A stretch of 64,000 bases of DNA from an uncultured Bacteroidaceae bacterium (GCA_904501945.1 CAJGCU010000001.1:1639-65638); one strand, 5' to 3'; shown: positions 30,334 to 40,419, counted from the stretch's first letter. Program-made: numbers and translations. Notes: generated by a model not told the origin, from the letters alone.

Positions 30334-31647
30334 TTAGTTGAATAGATGGTCGGAGAGTGATTGGAGAGCCTTCTTCTTATCTTCGGCTGAGATGAGGAAG
30401 GAGATATTATGATTGGAGCCTCCGTAGGAAATCATGCGGATAGGTATCTCTTTCAACGCTTCGGTTGCCTTGCTCTGAAAACCAATATTCTGTGCGTCAA
30501 GGTCACCCACTACACAGATAATGCACATGTCCTTGTCAACTTGCACGTGTCCGAACTTTTTCAGCTCGTTGATAATAGCATCAAGGTTTGTTGTATTGTC
30601 GATAGACACACTTACACCTACCTCTGATGTGGTAATCATGTCGATAGAAGTTCTGTATGATTCAAAAATTTCGAATACTTTGCGCAAGAACCCGTAGGCG
30701 AGCAGCATGCGAGATGATGTTATTTTGATTGCTGTGATGTTGTCTTTTGCTGCTACTGCCTTGATTTTTCCATGCTCTGTTTCATTGTTGATAACTGTTC
30801 CTGGAGCAGATGGATCCATTGTGTTGAGGAGCTTTACTGGAATACCTGCATATTTTGCTGGCTGTACACATGTTGGATGAAGAATCTTAGCACCGAAGTA
30901 TGCCAGTTCAGCAGCCTCTTCGAAGTGCAGGTGGTTAACTGGTGTCGTGTTTTCCACAAAACGTGGGTCATTATTATGCATACCGTCAATGTCTGTCCAA
31001 ATCTGGATTTCAGATGCTCCAACAGCTGCACCTATGAGTGATGCACTATAGTCAGAACCTCCGCGCTGCAGATTGTCAATTTCGCCATAGGCGTTGCGGC
31101 AGATGAATCCTTGTGTGATGTAGATGTCTTTTTCTGGCACCTTGTCGAGTTGAATCTTGATGTTTTTGCTGATGTACTCAAGATCTGGCTCTGAATTTTT
31201 GTCTGTACGCATAAATTCAAGAGCAGGTATGAGCGCAGCATTGTATCCTTGCTCAATGAGATAGTTGGTTACCATGTTGGTAGAGATGATTTCTCCTTGG
31301 CCAACGATGATTTTCTCTTCAAAGATAGTGAAAATACCTTTTGTGAAAGAACGCAGATAATTGAATTCTTCTTTTATGAACTCCAATGTATTCTGCTTCA
31401 TCTCGTTGGTTGTGTAGAGTTCTTCTACATGTTTCTTGTATTTCTTCTCGAGCGAGTTGATAGTTTCATTTGCTCCTTCTGGATTTTTCTTGTAGAGATA
31501 GTCTGAGATTTCCACAAGTGAATTTGTTGTTCCAGACATAGCAGATAGAACAACGATTTTCTGGTCGCCGTCGGTAATGAGTTTCACGACTTCCTTCATT
31601 CTTTGTGGGGTGCCAACGGATGTTCCGCCGAATTTGAGTACTTTCAT
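30334..31647 (-). CDS. lysC: aspartate kinase
   Basis: 437 aa. MKVLKFGGTSVG amino-acid kinase N-terminus and C-terminal ACT domains. Confidence 0.93.
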   Translation of the reverse strand: MKVLKFGGTSVGTPQRMKEVVKLITDGDQKIVVLSAMSGTTNSLVEISDYLYKKNPEGANETINSLEKKYKKHVEELYTTNEMKQNTLEFIKEEFNYLRSFTKGIFTIFEEKIIVGQGEIISTNMVTNYLIEQGYNAALIPALEFMRTDKNSEPDLEYISKNIKIQLDKVPEKDIYITQGFICRNAYGEIDNLQRGGSDYSASLIGAAVGASEIQIWTDIDGMHNNDPRFVENTTPVNHLHFEEAAELAYFGAKILHPTCVQPAKYAGIPVKLLNTMDPSAPGTVINNETEHGKIKAVAAKDNITAIKITSSRMLLAYGFLRKVFEIFESYRTSIDMITTSEVGVSVSIDNTTNLDAIINELKKFGHVQVDKDMCIICVVGDLDAQNIGFQSKATEALKEIPIRMISYGGSNHNISFLISAEDKKKALQSLSDHLFN

Positions 31648-31713
31648 ATTTTTATCTTTTTATTTTCTTCTTATATATAAATAATGTTTCATTCTTCTCT
31701 TACGTCTGATGAA

Positions 31714-32391
31714 TCATTTTTTTTCATCCTTTATTTCTATCAGCTTACGGTTTTCGCATTTGAATTGTCTTCCTGGGAACTGGTCAATCAACTGTAAGTT
31801 GTGTGTGATGACAATGACAGTGCTTCCGGCTTTGCATATTTGTTGTAGCAACTCTGTGATTTGCCTTCCTGTCTCAGGGTCAAGGTTTCCCGTTGGTTCA
31901 TCGGCAAGGATGAGTTTAGGGCTGTTGAGGATGGCGCGTGCAATGACAATGCGCTGTTGTTCTCCGCCAGATAGTTCAGATGGCATCTTGTAGCCTTTTG
32001 TTGACATGCCAACCAAGTCAAGAACATCGCTGATGCGTTGGTTGATTTCGACTTTGTTTTTCCATCCTGTGGCTTTTAACACAAATCGGAGGTTTGCATC
32101 TACGGTTCGGTCGGTCAATAGTTGGAAGTCTTGAAAGATAATGCCAAGTTCTTTACGCAAGTCTGGCAGATTACGACGTCTAAGTTCTTTCATGTCGTAG
32201 CCAATAACTTTTGCATCTCCTTCAAGGACAGGGAGTTCTCCGTATATAGTTTTAAGGAGAGAACTTTTTCCTGTTCCAACTTTTCCTGTGATGTATATGA
32301 ATTCTCCTTCTTTTACGTCGAAGTTTACATCCTGTAAAACCAGTTGCGATTCTTGATAGACGTTGACGTTTTTATAATCAATCAGATTCAT
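31714..32391 (-). CDS. ftsE: cell-division ABC ATPase FtsE
   Basis: 225 aa. Walker A GKVGTGKSS, signature LSGGEQQR and Walker B ILADEPTGNLD. No ftsX is adjacent. Confidence 0.8.
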   Translation of the reverse strand: MNLIDYKNVNVYQESQLVLQDVNFDVKEGEFIYITGKVGTGKSSLLKTIYGELPVLEGDAKVIGYDMKELRRRNLPDLRKELGIIFQDFQLLTDRTVDANLRFVLKATGWKNKVEINQRISDVLDLVGMSTKGYKMPSELSGGEQQRIVIARAILNSPKLILADEPTGNLDPETGRQITELLQQICKAGSTVIVITHNLQLIDQFPGRQFKCENRKLIEIKDEKK

Positions 32392-32434
32392 TTTCTTCTA
32401 ATTGACAATTGGGGGGATGAATGACAATTGAATA

Positions 32435-33046
32435 TTAGTGTTTATGCCAGTTGGGATCGTGGCGTTCAGCCAGTTCTGCTGCAAGATCTTCAATGCTAAG
32501 TCCCTTTGAAGTGAGCAGCACGATGAGATGATACAGCATGTCAGACGCTTCATAGACGAGGCGTTCGTTATTGTTAGCAACAGCTTCAATTACAGATTCC
32601 AGCGCTTCTTCTCCTACCTTCTGCGCCATGCGATGACAGCCGTCTTTGAAAAGTGAAGTTGTATAGCTGCCTTCAGGCATTTCTCTGTGTCGCTTTTCGA
32701 TAAATCGCTGCAGTTCAACCATGAACATGATTGGATTCTCATTCTTTTCGTTCCAGCAAGTGTCGGCACCAGTATGGCAAACAGGACCAATTGGTTTTGC
32801 CTTAATGAGTAGCGTATCATTGTCACAGTCGTTCAAAATCTCTACAACGTTGAGAAAATTGCCGCTTGTTTCGCCTTTTGTCCAGAGTGTTTGACGTGTA
32901 CGGCTGTAAAAAGTCACCTTTCCTGTTTCTACCGTCTTGTTGTATGCCTCCTCGTTCATGAATCCGAGCATCAGCACTTTCAAAGTCTTGGCATCCTGTA
33001 CGATAGCTGGTACAAGACCGTCCATTTTGTTGAAATCGATTTTCAT
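32435..33046 (-). CDS. hisIE: bifunctional phosphoribosyl-AMP cyclohydrolase / phosphoribosyl-ATP diphosphatase
   Basis: 203 aa. HisI motif ...SRTRQTLWTKGETSGN...DCDNDTLL...C and a HisE helical C-terminal half. Confidence 0.93.
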   Translation of the reverse strand: MKIDFNKMDGLVPAIVQDAKTLKVLMLGFMNEEAYNKTVETGKVTFYSRTRQTLWTKGETSGNFLNVVEILNDCDNDTLLIKAKPIGPVCHTGADTCWNEKNENPIMFMVELQRFIEKRHREMPEGSYTTSLFKDGCHRMAQKVGEEALESVIEAVANNNERLVYEASDMLYHLIVLLTSKGLSIEDLAAELAERHDPNWHKH

Positions 33047-33083
33047 TATTTGTTAGTCTTTATAATCTTCTATTTTATTTTTC

Positions 33084-33875
33084 TTAAAGTCTTACATTTA
33101 CACCTTCACTGGCAAGATACTGTTTCAGTTCCGGAATAGGAATCTCTCCAAAATGGAATACGCTTGCTGCTAATGCTGCATCGCAATGTCCGTTAAGGAA
33201 AGTATCGCGGAAATGCTCTTTTGTTCCGGCACCTCCCGATGCTATGACTGGAATGGTAAGTGAATCTGATAGCTTTCTCAGTGCCACATCTGCAAATCCT
33301 TTTTTAACACCATCATGGTTCATTGATGTGAAAAGAATTTCGCCAGCTCCTCGCTCGTTAGCCTCTTTTGCCCAGTCGAAAAGTTTATATTGTGTGGGAA
33401 CTCTTCCTCCGTTGATATAGCAAACCCAATCGCCATCAATATTTGGGTCGCCATTTTCGTGAATAGTGTCATCTTCACATTTCGCATCGATAGCCACTAC
33501 GCATACTTGACTGCCAAAGTTGCGGGCAATTTCGTCTATTAGTCCAGGATTGCGTAAAGCAGCTGAATTGATACTCACTTTATCAGCGCCGGCATTCAGC
33601 AGGCGGTCAACATCCTTCAGTTCGTTGATGCCGCCACCCACAGTGAAAGGTATGTTGATTTCTTTGGCAATGCGCTTGACTAATTCTGTAAAAGTTTTTC
33701 TTCCCTCGTGCGATGCCGTTATATCAAGATACACCAGTTCGTCTGCCCCTTGTTCGCTATATGTTTTTCCTAACTCGATAGGGTCGCCAGCATGACGGAG
33801 ATTAACGAAGTTCGTTCCTTTTACTGTTTGACCATCTTTGATGTCAAGACATGGTATGATTCTCTTTGCTAACAT
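33084..33875 (-). CDS. hisF: imidazole glycerol phosphate synthase cyclase subunit
   Basis: [15 protein letters not shown]...[11 protein letters not shown]...GGGI... Confidence 0.95.
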   Translation of the reverse strand: MLAKRIIPCLDIKDGQTVKGTNFVNLRHAGDPIELGKTYSEQGADELVYLDITASHEGRKTFTELVKRIAKEINIPFTVGGGINELKDVDRLLNAGADKVSINSAALRNPGLIDEIARNFGSQVCVVAIDAKCEDDTIHENGDPNIDGDWVCYINGGRVPTQYKLFDWAKEANERGAGEILFTSMNHDGVKKGFADVALRKLSDSLTIPVIASGGAGTKEHFRDTFLNGHCDAALAASVFHFGEIPIPELKQYLASEGVNVRL

Positions 33876-33916
33876 CTTTTCCTAATTGATAAAAGGAGAC
33901 TATAAGATATTTATTC

Positions 33917-34642
33917 TCAATGATTAAAAAACTTTTCTAGTTCTTCTAGTTTGATTTTCCCTTCATAAATAGCCTTGCCAAAAACAACGGCAGGAATACC
34001 TGCTTCGTTCAGCATGTCAATGTCTTCGACGCAGCTGACACCGCCGCTGGCAATGAGAAACAGCTTTGGAAACTCTTTCATAATTTCCTTGTACAATTCC
34101 ACTGATGGGCCTTGGAGCATGCCGTCTTTGCTGATGTCAGTACAAAGTACGTTATCTACTCCCTTGTTGACATACTTATGCAGGAACGGAATCAACTCAT
34201 CTTCGCCTTCCTCCTTCCATCCGTTGATGCTGATCAGGCCATTCTTAACGTCTGCTCCAAGAATGATTTTGTTGTCATTGTATTTCTCAATCCATGTTTC
34301 AAACAGCGCAGGATTCTTTACGGCTACGCTGCCAATAGTCACCATTGACGCACCACTGGCAAAAGCGATGTCGATGTCTTCGTCAGTCTTGATGCCGCCT
34401 CCAAAGTCAATGACGAGGCTTGTGTGGTCGGCTATTTTCTCTATGGTCTTATAGTTTACAATATGTTGCGAACGAGCACCGTCCAAATCTACCGTATGTA
34501 AACGACGGATGCCGTGTGCTTCAAACATCTTTGCAACTTCGAGAGGATCTTCGTTATACACCTTTTTCGTGTCATAATCGCCTTGAGTCAGACGCACGCA
34601 CTTTCCATCAATAATGTCTATGGCTGGAATTATTTCAATCAT
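33917..34642 (-). CDS. hisA: ProFAR isomerase (1-(5-phosphoribosyl)-5-[(5-phosphoribosylamino)methylideneamino]imidazole-4-carboxamide isomerase)
   Basis: [23 protein letters not shown]... with a (beta/alpha)8 pattern. Confidence 0.95.
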   Translation of the reverse strand: MIEIIPAIDIIDGKCVRLTQGDYDTKKVYNEDPLEVAKMFEAHGIRRLHTVDLDGARSQHIVNYKTIEKIADHTSLVIDFGGGIKTDEDIDIAFASGASMVTIGSVAVKNPALFETWIEKYNDNKIILGADVKNGLISINGWKEEGEDELIPFLHKYVNKGVDNVLCTDISKDGMLQGPSVELYKEIMKEFPKLFLIASGGVSCVEDIDMLNEAGIPAVVFGKAIYEGKIKLEELEKFFNH

Positions 34643-34720
34643 TTCTCAAAAAAACTTCGAATCTTTTGTTTTTGTAATTATTCTTTCCCGGAAAATGAGA
34701 TGGGTGGAAATAATGTCTTT

Positions 34721-35317
34721 TTACACCTTTAAATCGATAAAATTTCTCAATATACGTTCGCCAACAGTTCCGCTCTTCTCAGGATGAAACTGGGTTGCGT
34801 AGAAATTTTCCTTTTGTAATGCAGATGAATAGGGTTGAGTGTAGTGAGTTGTTGCTATAGTGAAGTCACACTTTGGCACATAAAAGCTGTGGATAAAATA
34901 GACGAACTCTGGCTTTTCAAAGCCTTCAAACAGCATGGATTGTGTGTCCTCAATCGTGTTCCATCCCATTTGTGGCACTTTATCTTCATGCACTTGTGGC
35001 TGAAATCTCTTCACTTCTACATCAAAAACACCGAGACAATCTGTATCATATTCTTCGCTATGACGGCAAAGTAGCTGCATTCCAATACAGATGCCTAATA
35101 CGGGTTGTTTCAGATTTACGATTACCTTGTCTAAACCATGCTCCTTTAGGTATGCCATAGTGCTTTTTGCTTCTCCCTGACCAGGGAATATAACACGGTC
35201 GGCTGCACTAATCTGTTCAGGGCAATCTGTCACCATTGGTTCTATGCCTAAACGTTTTACGGCATTCTCTACTGAACCGATGTTTCCGGCGTTGTATTTA
35301 ACTATTGCTACGTTCAT
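34721..35317 (-). CDS. hisH: imidazole glycerol phosphate synthase glutamine amidotransferase subunit
   Basis: 198 aa. Class I GATase with GICIGMQLL (catalytic Cys) and ...QFHPEKS. Confidence 0.95.
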   Translation of the reverse strand: MNVAIVKYNAGNIGSVENAVKRLGIEPMVTDCPEQISAADRVIFPGQGEAKSTMAYLKEHGLDKVIVNLKQPVLGICIGMQLLCRHSEEYDTDCLGVFDVEVKRFQPQVHEDKVPQMGWNTIEDTQSMLFEGFEKPEFVYFIHSFYVPKCDFTIATTHYTQPYSSALQKENFYATQFHPEKSGTVGERILRNFIDLKV

Positions 35318-35345
35318 TTTACCTTATAATACCACATAATTCGTG

Positions 35346-35353
35346 CAAAGTTA
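35346..35353 (-). promoter_or_regulatory. -7 promoter box TAACTTTG (hisHAF-IE)
   Basis: Plus strand reads caaagtta, 29 nt upstream of the hisH ATG. Confidence 0.5.
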
Positions 35354-35449
35354 ACATTTTTTTGTGAGATACACATTATATTTCCGTAATAAAAGAATTA
35401 GAAGTAGGCGGAAAAACATTTTTATCGTTTTTTTGTCTATGTATATGTT

Positions 35450-35529
35450 CACCGTCTTTATAATATTTCAAACACAGCCTGCTAAATATTTCTTACGTGG
35501 TATTTGTAACATTATAAACACAGCTGGGT
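35450..35529. repeat. palindromic intergenic element, copy E3 (diverged)
   Basis: caccgtctttataatatttcaaacacagcctgctaaatatttcttacgtggtatttgtaacattataaacacagctgggt aligns colinearly with E2 (45184-45258) and E1 (19721-19798). Confidence 0.55.
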
Positions 35530-35574
35530 AATAGTGCAACTATGCAGCTCTTGTTTGTTGACAGAATAAATTTG

Positions 35575-35628
35575 ATGGTAAAATCAAAAGTAGTACAGCA
35601 AACATATATTAGTATCCTTATAATGAAG
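35575..35628 (+). repeat. left arm of the inverted repeat bracketing the PL11 gene
   Basis: atggtaaaatcaaaagtagtacagcaaacatatattagtatccttataatgaag equals the reverse complement of 37711-37764. 47 bp are perfect (35575-35621) and 54 bp match with 2 mismatches. Confidence 0.9.
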
Positions 35629-35788
35629 TGAGCCAATAACCTCAAACAAGTGAGGAGGAAAAGGATCCCCGCCCTCTACCACAAGGATAAAGAGAGACTC
35701 TTTATAAAGGAGGGGGCGTATGTGAATTTGGAATACATTATGTTAAATTCTTTAATGGGTCGCTTTTAATATATTGGCTTGCAATGAC

Positions 35789-37651
35789 CTATTGTTTCAT
35801 ATCGGCACCCAAATAAAATCCAAGTTCTGGGGGCTGATTGTAGCCTACATTTTCAGCAGCGACACTTGCACGATAGGGAATATCTAGCATAAAGGTTGGA
35901 AAACGATGTTTAGTGGGAATTGTGGTGGAGTAGATTCGCAGTTCCGTACTTTCATGGTTGCGGACAATGATTTCCTCGCGCCAGTCGCCAAGAATATCTG
36001 CGGAAAGACATGGGTTTTGTTTGCTGCCGTTATTGAAAGAGCATCCCTCTGCATGTAAGTTTTTGATTGTAACAACATTTTGTGTTTTCCAGTCCCATTT
36101 CATAATGGCATTTCGGTCAAGTAATTCGCGTAGCAAATCCCCGTCCCACCATACGGCGCTGTTTTGTGGAATTGCCTTGGTGGGGCAATGGTGCTGTCCT
36201 GTCACGTCGAAGAATCCTCGCTGTGAAGCCGACCACATTTCTGCTCCATAACAGGTGGGGTCGATATCGGCAGCCATTCCTCGTCCTACATCGTTTCTAC
36301 TCTTTATTTGGAATATAGTTCGTCCGCTTCGAGCATCACGCAGAGTCGAACCATCGCGTTTGTTTTCGAACACGCTCCATACTTGCAATTGTGTACTGTC
36401 GGGGTAAAAGGGAAACATATGCATGGCGTCGCCATGCCCCATGGCTGTAGAATAAAGCCCTTTCCCATCATTGTTGACAACCATAGCTCCGTAAACAATT
36501 TCATCGCATCCGTCGCTATCAATATCTGCAACGCGCAAATTGTGATTGCCTTGTCCTGAATAGGATGGGGTATTTTGAGAGTCAAAGAGCCAGCGTAGTT
36601 TAAGGTCTTTCCCATTCCAATCATATGCAGCAAGACACGATCTTGTATAATAGCCTCGACACATGATGGCGCTTGGGTGTTTTCCGTCAAGATAGGCAAC
36701 AGCTGCCAGAAAACGATCGCAGCGGTTCCCGTAACTGTCTCCCCAATCAGAAGGGTTGCCACGTGGCGGTTGGTAATTGACTGTTTTTAATGCCTTTCCT
36801 GTTGCGCCGTCAAAGACGGTAAGGAATTCAGGTCCATCAAGAATCCTTCCAATGATGTGGCGATTTTGTTTGTTGCTTTTCCCTTGTATATAAAGGTTTA
36901 TCGTACCGTTTGAAACCCAGTTTGCATTGGGGTTTCCAATCACTTTCCCTTTTCCATCAATCGTGCCGTCGGCAGTTTTTGTAATGAGTTCTGCACGTCC
37001 GTCTCCATCGAAATCGAAGACGAGAAATTGTGTATAATGGGCTCCTGAACGAATGTTTTTTCCAAGGTCAATGCGCCAAAGCAGTTTCCCAGTTAATTTA
37101 TAGCAGTCGATAAGTACATTGCCAGTATACCCCTCGTGGCTGTTGTCGTGGCTGTTGGAAGGCTCCCACTTGAGGATAATCTCGTATTCTCCATCTCCAT
37201 CCACATCACCTACACTAGCGTCATTGGCTGAGTAGGTATAAACGTTTCCATCGGGAGTGGTTCCATTTTCAGGTTTGGATAATGGAATGGGAATGTAGCT
37301 TTTTATGTTGGGTGTAATAGTATATGATGCGCTTTTTTTCTTTCGTTCCTTGTTGTTTTCCACGGCCACAACCTTTATTGTCGCATTGTCTTTTGGTACT
37401 AATGTTTTGAAGAAGGTGGAATGTTTTATTTCTTCGCTATTCAATAGTTTATCGTTTTTATAGATATTAAATGAAGTTGATTCTTCATTCTCTAATAATC
37501 GCCATGAAACAATAAGGCTATCCCCATCTTTAAAACAAATGAGTCCCCTGTTTAGTTGTTCCTTCTGAATGTCTGGGGCATAAGCAGGTTGGGATATGGC
37601 AGCAATTGCTATAAGAAAGGAAATAAAGGTTAGAAAAAGGTGTTTTTGCAT
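35789..37651 (-). CDS. rhamnogalacturonan lyase-like beta-propeller (PL11, YesW/YesX-like)
   Basis: 620 aa with a signal peptide. Repeated Ca-binding FG-GAP-like motifs DVDGDGEYE, DFDGDGRAE and DIDSDGCDE. Also LKWEPSNSHDNSHEGYTGNVLIDCYKL. Confidence 0.65.
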   Translation of the reverse strand: MQKHLFLTFISFLIAIAAISQPAYAPDIQKEQLNRGLICFKDGDSLIVSWRLLENEESTSFNIYKNDKLLNSEEIKHSTFFKTLVPKDNATIKVVAVENNKERKKKSASYTITPNIKSYIPIPLSKPENGTTPDGNVYTYSANDASVGDVDGDGEYEIILKWEPSNSHDNSHEGYTGNVLIDCYKLTGKLLWRIDLGKNIRSGAHYTQFLVFDFDGDGRAELITKTADGTIDGKGKVIGNPNANWVSNGTINLYIQGKSNKQNRHIIGRILDGPEFLTVFDGATGKALKTVNYQPPRGNPSDWGDSYGNRCDRFLAAVAYLDGKHPSAIMCRGYYTRSCLAAYDWNGKDLKLRWLFDSQNTPSYSGQGNHNLRVADIDSDGCDEIVYGAMVVNNDGKGLYSTAMGHGDAMHMFPFYPDSTQLQVWSVFENKRDGSTLRDARSGRTIFQIKSRNDVGRGMAADIDPTCYGAEMWSASQRGFFDVTGQHHCPTKAIPQNSAVWWDGDLLRELLDRNAIMKWDWKTQNVVTIKNLHAEGCSFNNGSKQNPCLSADILGDWREEIIVRNHESTELRIYSTTIPTKHRFPTFMLDIPYRASVAAENVGYNQPPELGFYLGADMKQ

Positions 37652-37710
37652 GTTTAAAGGTTAGCATATCGAGTTATGAGGTTGTTGAGTTTGTGTCTTA
37701 AAACTAACAA

Positions 37711-37764
37711 CCTCATAATAAGGATACTAATATATGTTTGCTGTACTACTTTTGATTTTACCAT
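37711..37764 (-). repeat. right arm of the inverted repeat bracketing the PL11 gene (covers the last 12 codons, stop and 3' flank of the lipoprotein gene)
   Basis: Reverse complement of 35575-35628. It overlaps the stop of CDS 37727-38206. Confidence 0.9.
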
Positions 37765-38206
37765 TATAAGTGTAACTCCATAAGCTTACATGGATGGTCA
37801 TTTGGTGTAGGTCTATGTCTGTTGCATTAGTTATACCTCGTTCGTTAAAGAAGATTTTGTTGTCATGGTAAAGCCTGTCTTCTAGCTGTTGGAGACTGAT
37901 GGGAGAACTCATCTTATTGAGAAACTTTTTCTCAGCCTGACTATTGCATAATGCAATCGCACTTGCAATTCCATTAAAGTTTACTTGGGCTGTTTCCTCA
38001 AAAATGTATTCTGTAAATTGCAGAGAATCAATACTCTTCAAAATGAGGCTGTCATATTGTGCATCAAGAGCATTGGAGTAAACGATGCTGTCGGCTCCGA
38101 CATAATATATACATGTTGCTTCTGCATGATTATCTGTGTCGTCACATGAAGTGCTCACAGTAGCTAAAAAGATAATAGCTGTTAAAAAGAAAATGATTTT
38201 TTTCAT
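37727..38206 (-). CDS. hypothetical lipoprotein
   Basis: 159 aa. Lipobox signal MKKIIFFLTAIIFLATVSTSC|D. No recognisable domain. Confidence 0.5.
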   Translation of the reverse strand: MKKIIFFLTAIIFLATVSTSCDDTDNHAEATCIYYVGADSIVYSNALDAQYDSLILKSIDSLQFTEYIFEETAQVNFNGIASAIALCNSQAEKKFLNKMSSPISLQQLEDRLYHDNKIFFNERGITNATDIDLHQMTIHVSLWSYTYNGKIKSSTANIY

Positions 38207-38239
38207 TTGATTTTCAATATTTTATAGTTTTTACTTGAA

Positions 38240-39181
38240 TTATAATATGTTGTTGGCTTGGTTCATTCCACGTTGGACAATATCCGTGAAATTGTAATCA
38301 ACAGGTTCTTTTGGTTTTTTCCCGTTTCGATAGTCTAGTGGGCTGAGCGAAGTAAGTTTTTTGAACCATTTCCCAAAATAGCTTTGATTGGGGAAATTTA
38401 GTGTGTCGGAGATTTCCTTAATGGTCATATTTGTCTTTTTTAGTAAGTTGCGTGTGTCTACCAATAGTGCAGTGGTAATCCATTCACTAGGCGTTTTTCC
38501 TGATTTTTCTTTGATAACAGTACTGAAATATCGTGTGGTAAGACATTGCAGATTTGCGTAGTAGGTGACTTTGTGCTCTGTTCGATATTTTTTATATAAT
38601 TGTGTCACAAACAAATGTAGTACATCATCTTTTCTTGAGAAAGTGTTGTTTTTGTCCAGTGTGCTGGCATAACATTGCAGAATTTCCAAAATGAGGGCGT
38701 AGCTTAGTAACTCAACCTGCTTTTTGGCGATTTCTTGAACAGGACTTTCTTCCTTCTTGTTGATATCTTCTAATGTGGATTTATCTTTTTTCGAAGCGGC
38801 TTTGAGCAAAGTAATGTATTGACCTATAATGTTGTACTGTGTGTCAGAAAGGATGTAGTGAGGAGATTGTTTTATGATGTATAGAGAATTGAAATTAGTG
38901 ACATTATACAGCAATGGTTGTATCGTTTCCAAATTTACGCCAATGAGTGTTCCTCGTAGATTGTCGCTATGGTTGATAATCCGTAAATTGCTATAGGAAA
39001 AATAAACCACTATGGAATTTTTGTAAAGGCGGTATTCTTTATTGTCGATTGTAAGGGTTACTTCGCCTTCTTTACAAAGAAACATTCCAGTCTTGTTCAG
39101 TTTGACGCTTTCCTTTTCTGCTTTAAGGATATTTACTTCGCCACCTTTTAATTCATAGATTGTCACTTTTTCTTCTGTCAT
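38240..39181 (-). CDS. AraC-family transcriptional regulator
   Basis: C-terminal HTH_AraC (YFSTVIKEKSGKTPSEWITTALLVDTRNLLKKTNMTIKEISDTLNFPNQSYFGKWFKK) and an N-terminal cupin-like domain. ATG at 39181; the ORF-track start at 39190 is TTG. Confidence 0.85.
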   Translation of the reverse strand: MTEEKVTIYELKGGEVNILKAEKESVKLNKTGMFLCKEGEVTLTIDNKEYRLYKNSIVVYFSYSNLRIINHSDNLRGTLIGVNLETIQPLLYNVTNFNSLYIIKQSPHYILSDTQYNIIGQYITLLKAASKKDKSTLEDINKKEESPVQEIAKKQVELLSYALILEILQCYASTLDKNNTFSRKDDVLHLFVTQLYKKYRTEHKVTYYANLQCLTTRYFSTVIKEKSGKTPSEWITTALLVDTRNLLKKTNMTIKEISDTLNFPNQSYFGKWFKKLTSLSPLDYRNGKKPKEPVDYNFTDIVQRGMNQANNIL

Positions 39182-39314
39182 ACTAAGCAATTTTGCACAA
39201 AGTAACTACATTTTGAGAAAATCACCAATTTTTTCAACTTTTTTTAAGAAATTAAAAGTACAAAAAGGACAAAAAACCGTTATTAGACATCACAAATGTT
39301 AAGAATAAATAAAG

Positions 39315-39322
39315 TAATTTTG
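39315..39322 (+). promoter_or_regulatory. -7 promoter box TAATTTTG (RND operon)
   Basis: 30 nt upstream of the ATG at 39352. Confidence 0.5.
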
Positions 39323-39351
39323 CAGATGAATATTCAATTAAATAAAGCCAA

Positions 39352-40419
39352 ATGAAACAATTTTTATGTATTGCTTGTGCGTTGGGATGTATGGTCTTTT
39401 TGTCTTGTGTAAAGAAAGACTCTAATCCCACTGCTGTACCATCGGTTTTTATATCAGAAGTGAGAACGGTTTCAGGAGTAAGTGCTACAACTTTTACGGG
39501 CAAAACGAAGGCTGTTTCTGAAGTTAATCTTGCTTTTCGTGTTGCTGGTCAAATTGAACGTATTCTGGTAAAAGAAGGAGATTACGTAAAAAAAGGACAA
39601 ATTGTTGCAAAAATGGATAATCGCGATTATGTTGTCCAGTTGGCTGCAGCACGGGCCGAATATCAGCAAGTAAAGGCCGATGCAGAACGCGTGATGGCGC
39701 TTTATAAAGAAGGGAATGTGACGGCGAGCAACTATGACAAAGCGAGATATGGGTTACAGCAAATTGCTCAGAAATTAAAGAATTGCGAAAATAGATTAGC
39801 TGATACGGAACTGAGAAGTAGTGTGGATGGTTATGTACAGACAAAGTTTCATGAAGCGGGGGAAACCGTGGGCGAAGGTATGTCTGTTTTAAGTGTTTTC
39901 GAAAGTGGAAAAATTGAAGTTGAAATAAAAGTAAGTTCATCTGATTTTGTTGATATAGAAAAAATTAATAATTTTTATTGTAGTTTTGAATCAACAGGAA
40001 AAGATAGTTTTCCTCTTCGTATAGCTCGTGTCAATAAAGAGGCAAATGCTTCACAGCTTTATGTGGTTCGATTGATGTTGGCTGCTCCGTATGATGCTCA
40101 AAAGGTAACTCCAGGAATGACAGCGATGGTATATGCAGAAATCCCCAAACGTGAAAATGAAGGTAATGTTTGTATCCCTTCAAGTTCTATATTGCATCAA
40201 GATGCTAAAACACAGGTGTTTGTTTATCGCTCTGATTTAAGCACTATCCATTTGCGTGAAATTAAAGTACATTCAATCAATCGTGATGGCACTATGCTAG
40301 TTGAAGGTGTGAAAGCTGGTGAAAATATAGTTCTTTCGGGTGTTCACCATCTTAAGGATGGCCAGAAAGTCAAAGTGTTACAGAAGCCTTCTCCGTCCAA
40401 TGTAGGAGGTTTGTTATAA
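39352..40419 (+). CDS. RND efflux periplasmic adaptor (membrane fusion protein, HlyD family)
   Basis: 355 aa. Lipoprotein signal ...VFLSC|V, lipoyl-like hairpin and beta-barrel pattern. Lies upstream of the RND permease. Confidence 0.85.
   Translation: MKQFLCIACALGCMVFLSCVKKDSNPTAVPSVFISEVRTVSGVSATTFTGKTKAVSEVNLAFRVAGQIERILVKEGDYVKKGQIVAKMDNRDYVVQLAAARAEYQQVKADAERVMALYKEGNVTASNYDKARYGLQQIAQKLKNCENRLADTELRSSVDGYVQTKFHEAGETVGEGMSVLSVFESGKIEVEIKVSSSDFVDIEKINNFYCSFESTGKDSFPLRIARVNKEANASQLYVVRLMLAAPYDAQKVTPGMTAMVYAEIPKRENEGNVCIPSSSILHQDAKTQVFVYRSDLSTIHLREIKVHSINRDGTMLVEGVKAGENIVLSGVHHLKDGQKVKVLQKPSPSNVGGLL

Noticed and set aside
31648-31713. Lysine riboswitch upstream of lysC, and FMN riboswitch upstream of ribH (12410-12514).
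   Set aside because: The spacers are only about 66 and about 105 nt, too short for these aptamers. The conserved riboswitch cores are not visible. The ribH-proximal structure is a simple long-loop hairpin.
35700-35788. Hairpin downstream of the PL11 gene (ccccgccctc ... gagggggcg region) as a terminator.
   Set aside because: The arms are only partly complementary and there is no T-run, so it is too weak to annotate.
39198-39205. -7 box for the AraC gene (TTACTTTG), and a similar near-match TAATTTTA at 16626-16633 for the GH127-like gene.
   Set aside because: Each has one mismatch to TAnnTTTG at a conserved position, so I left them unannotated.
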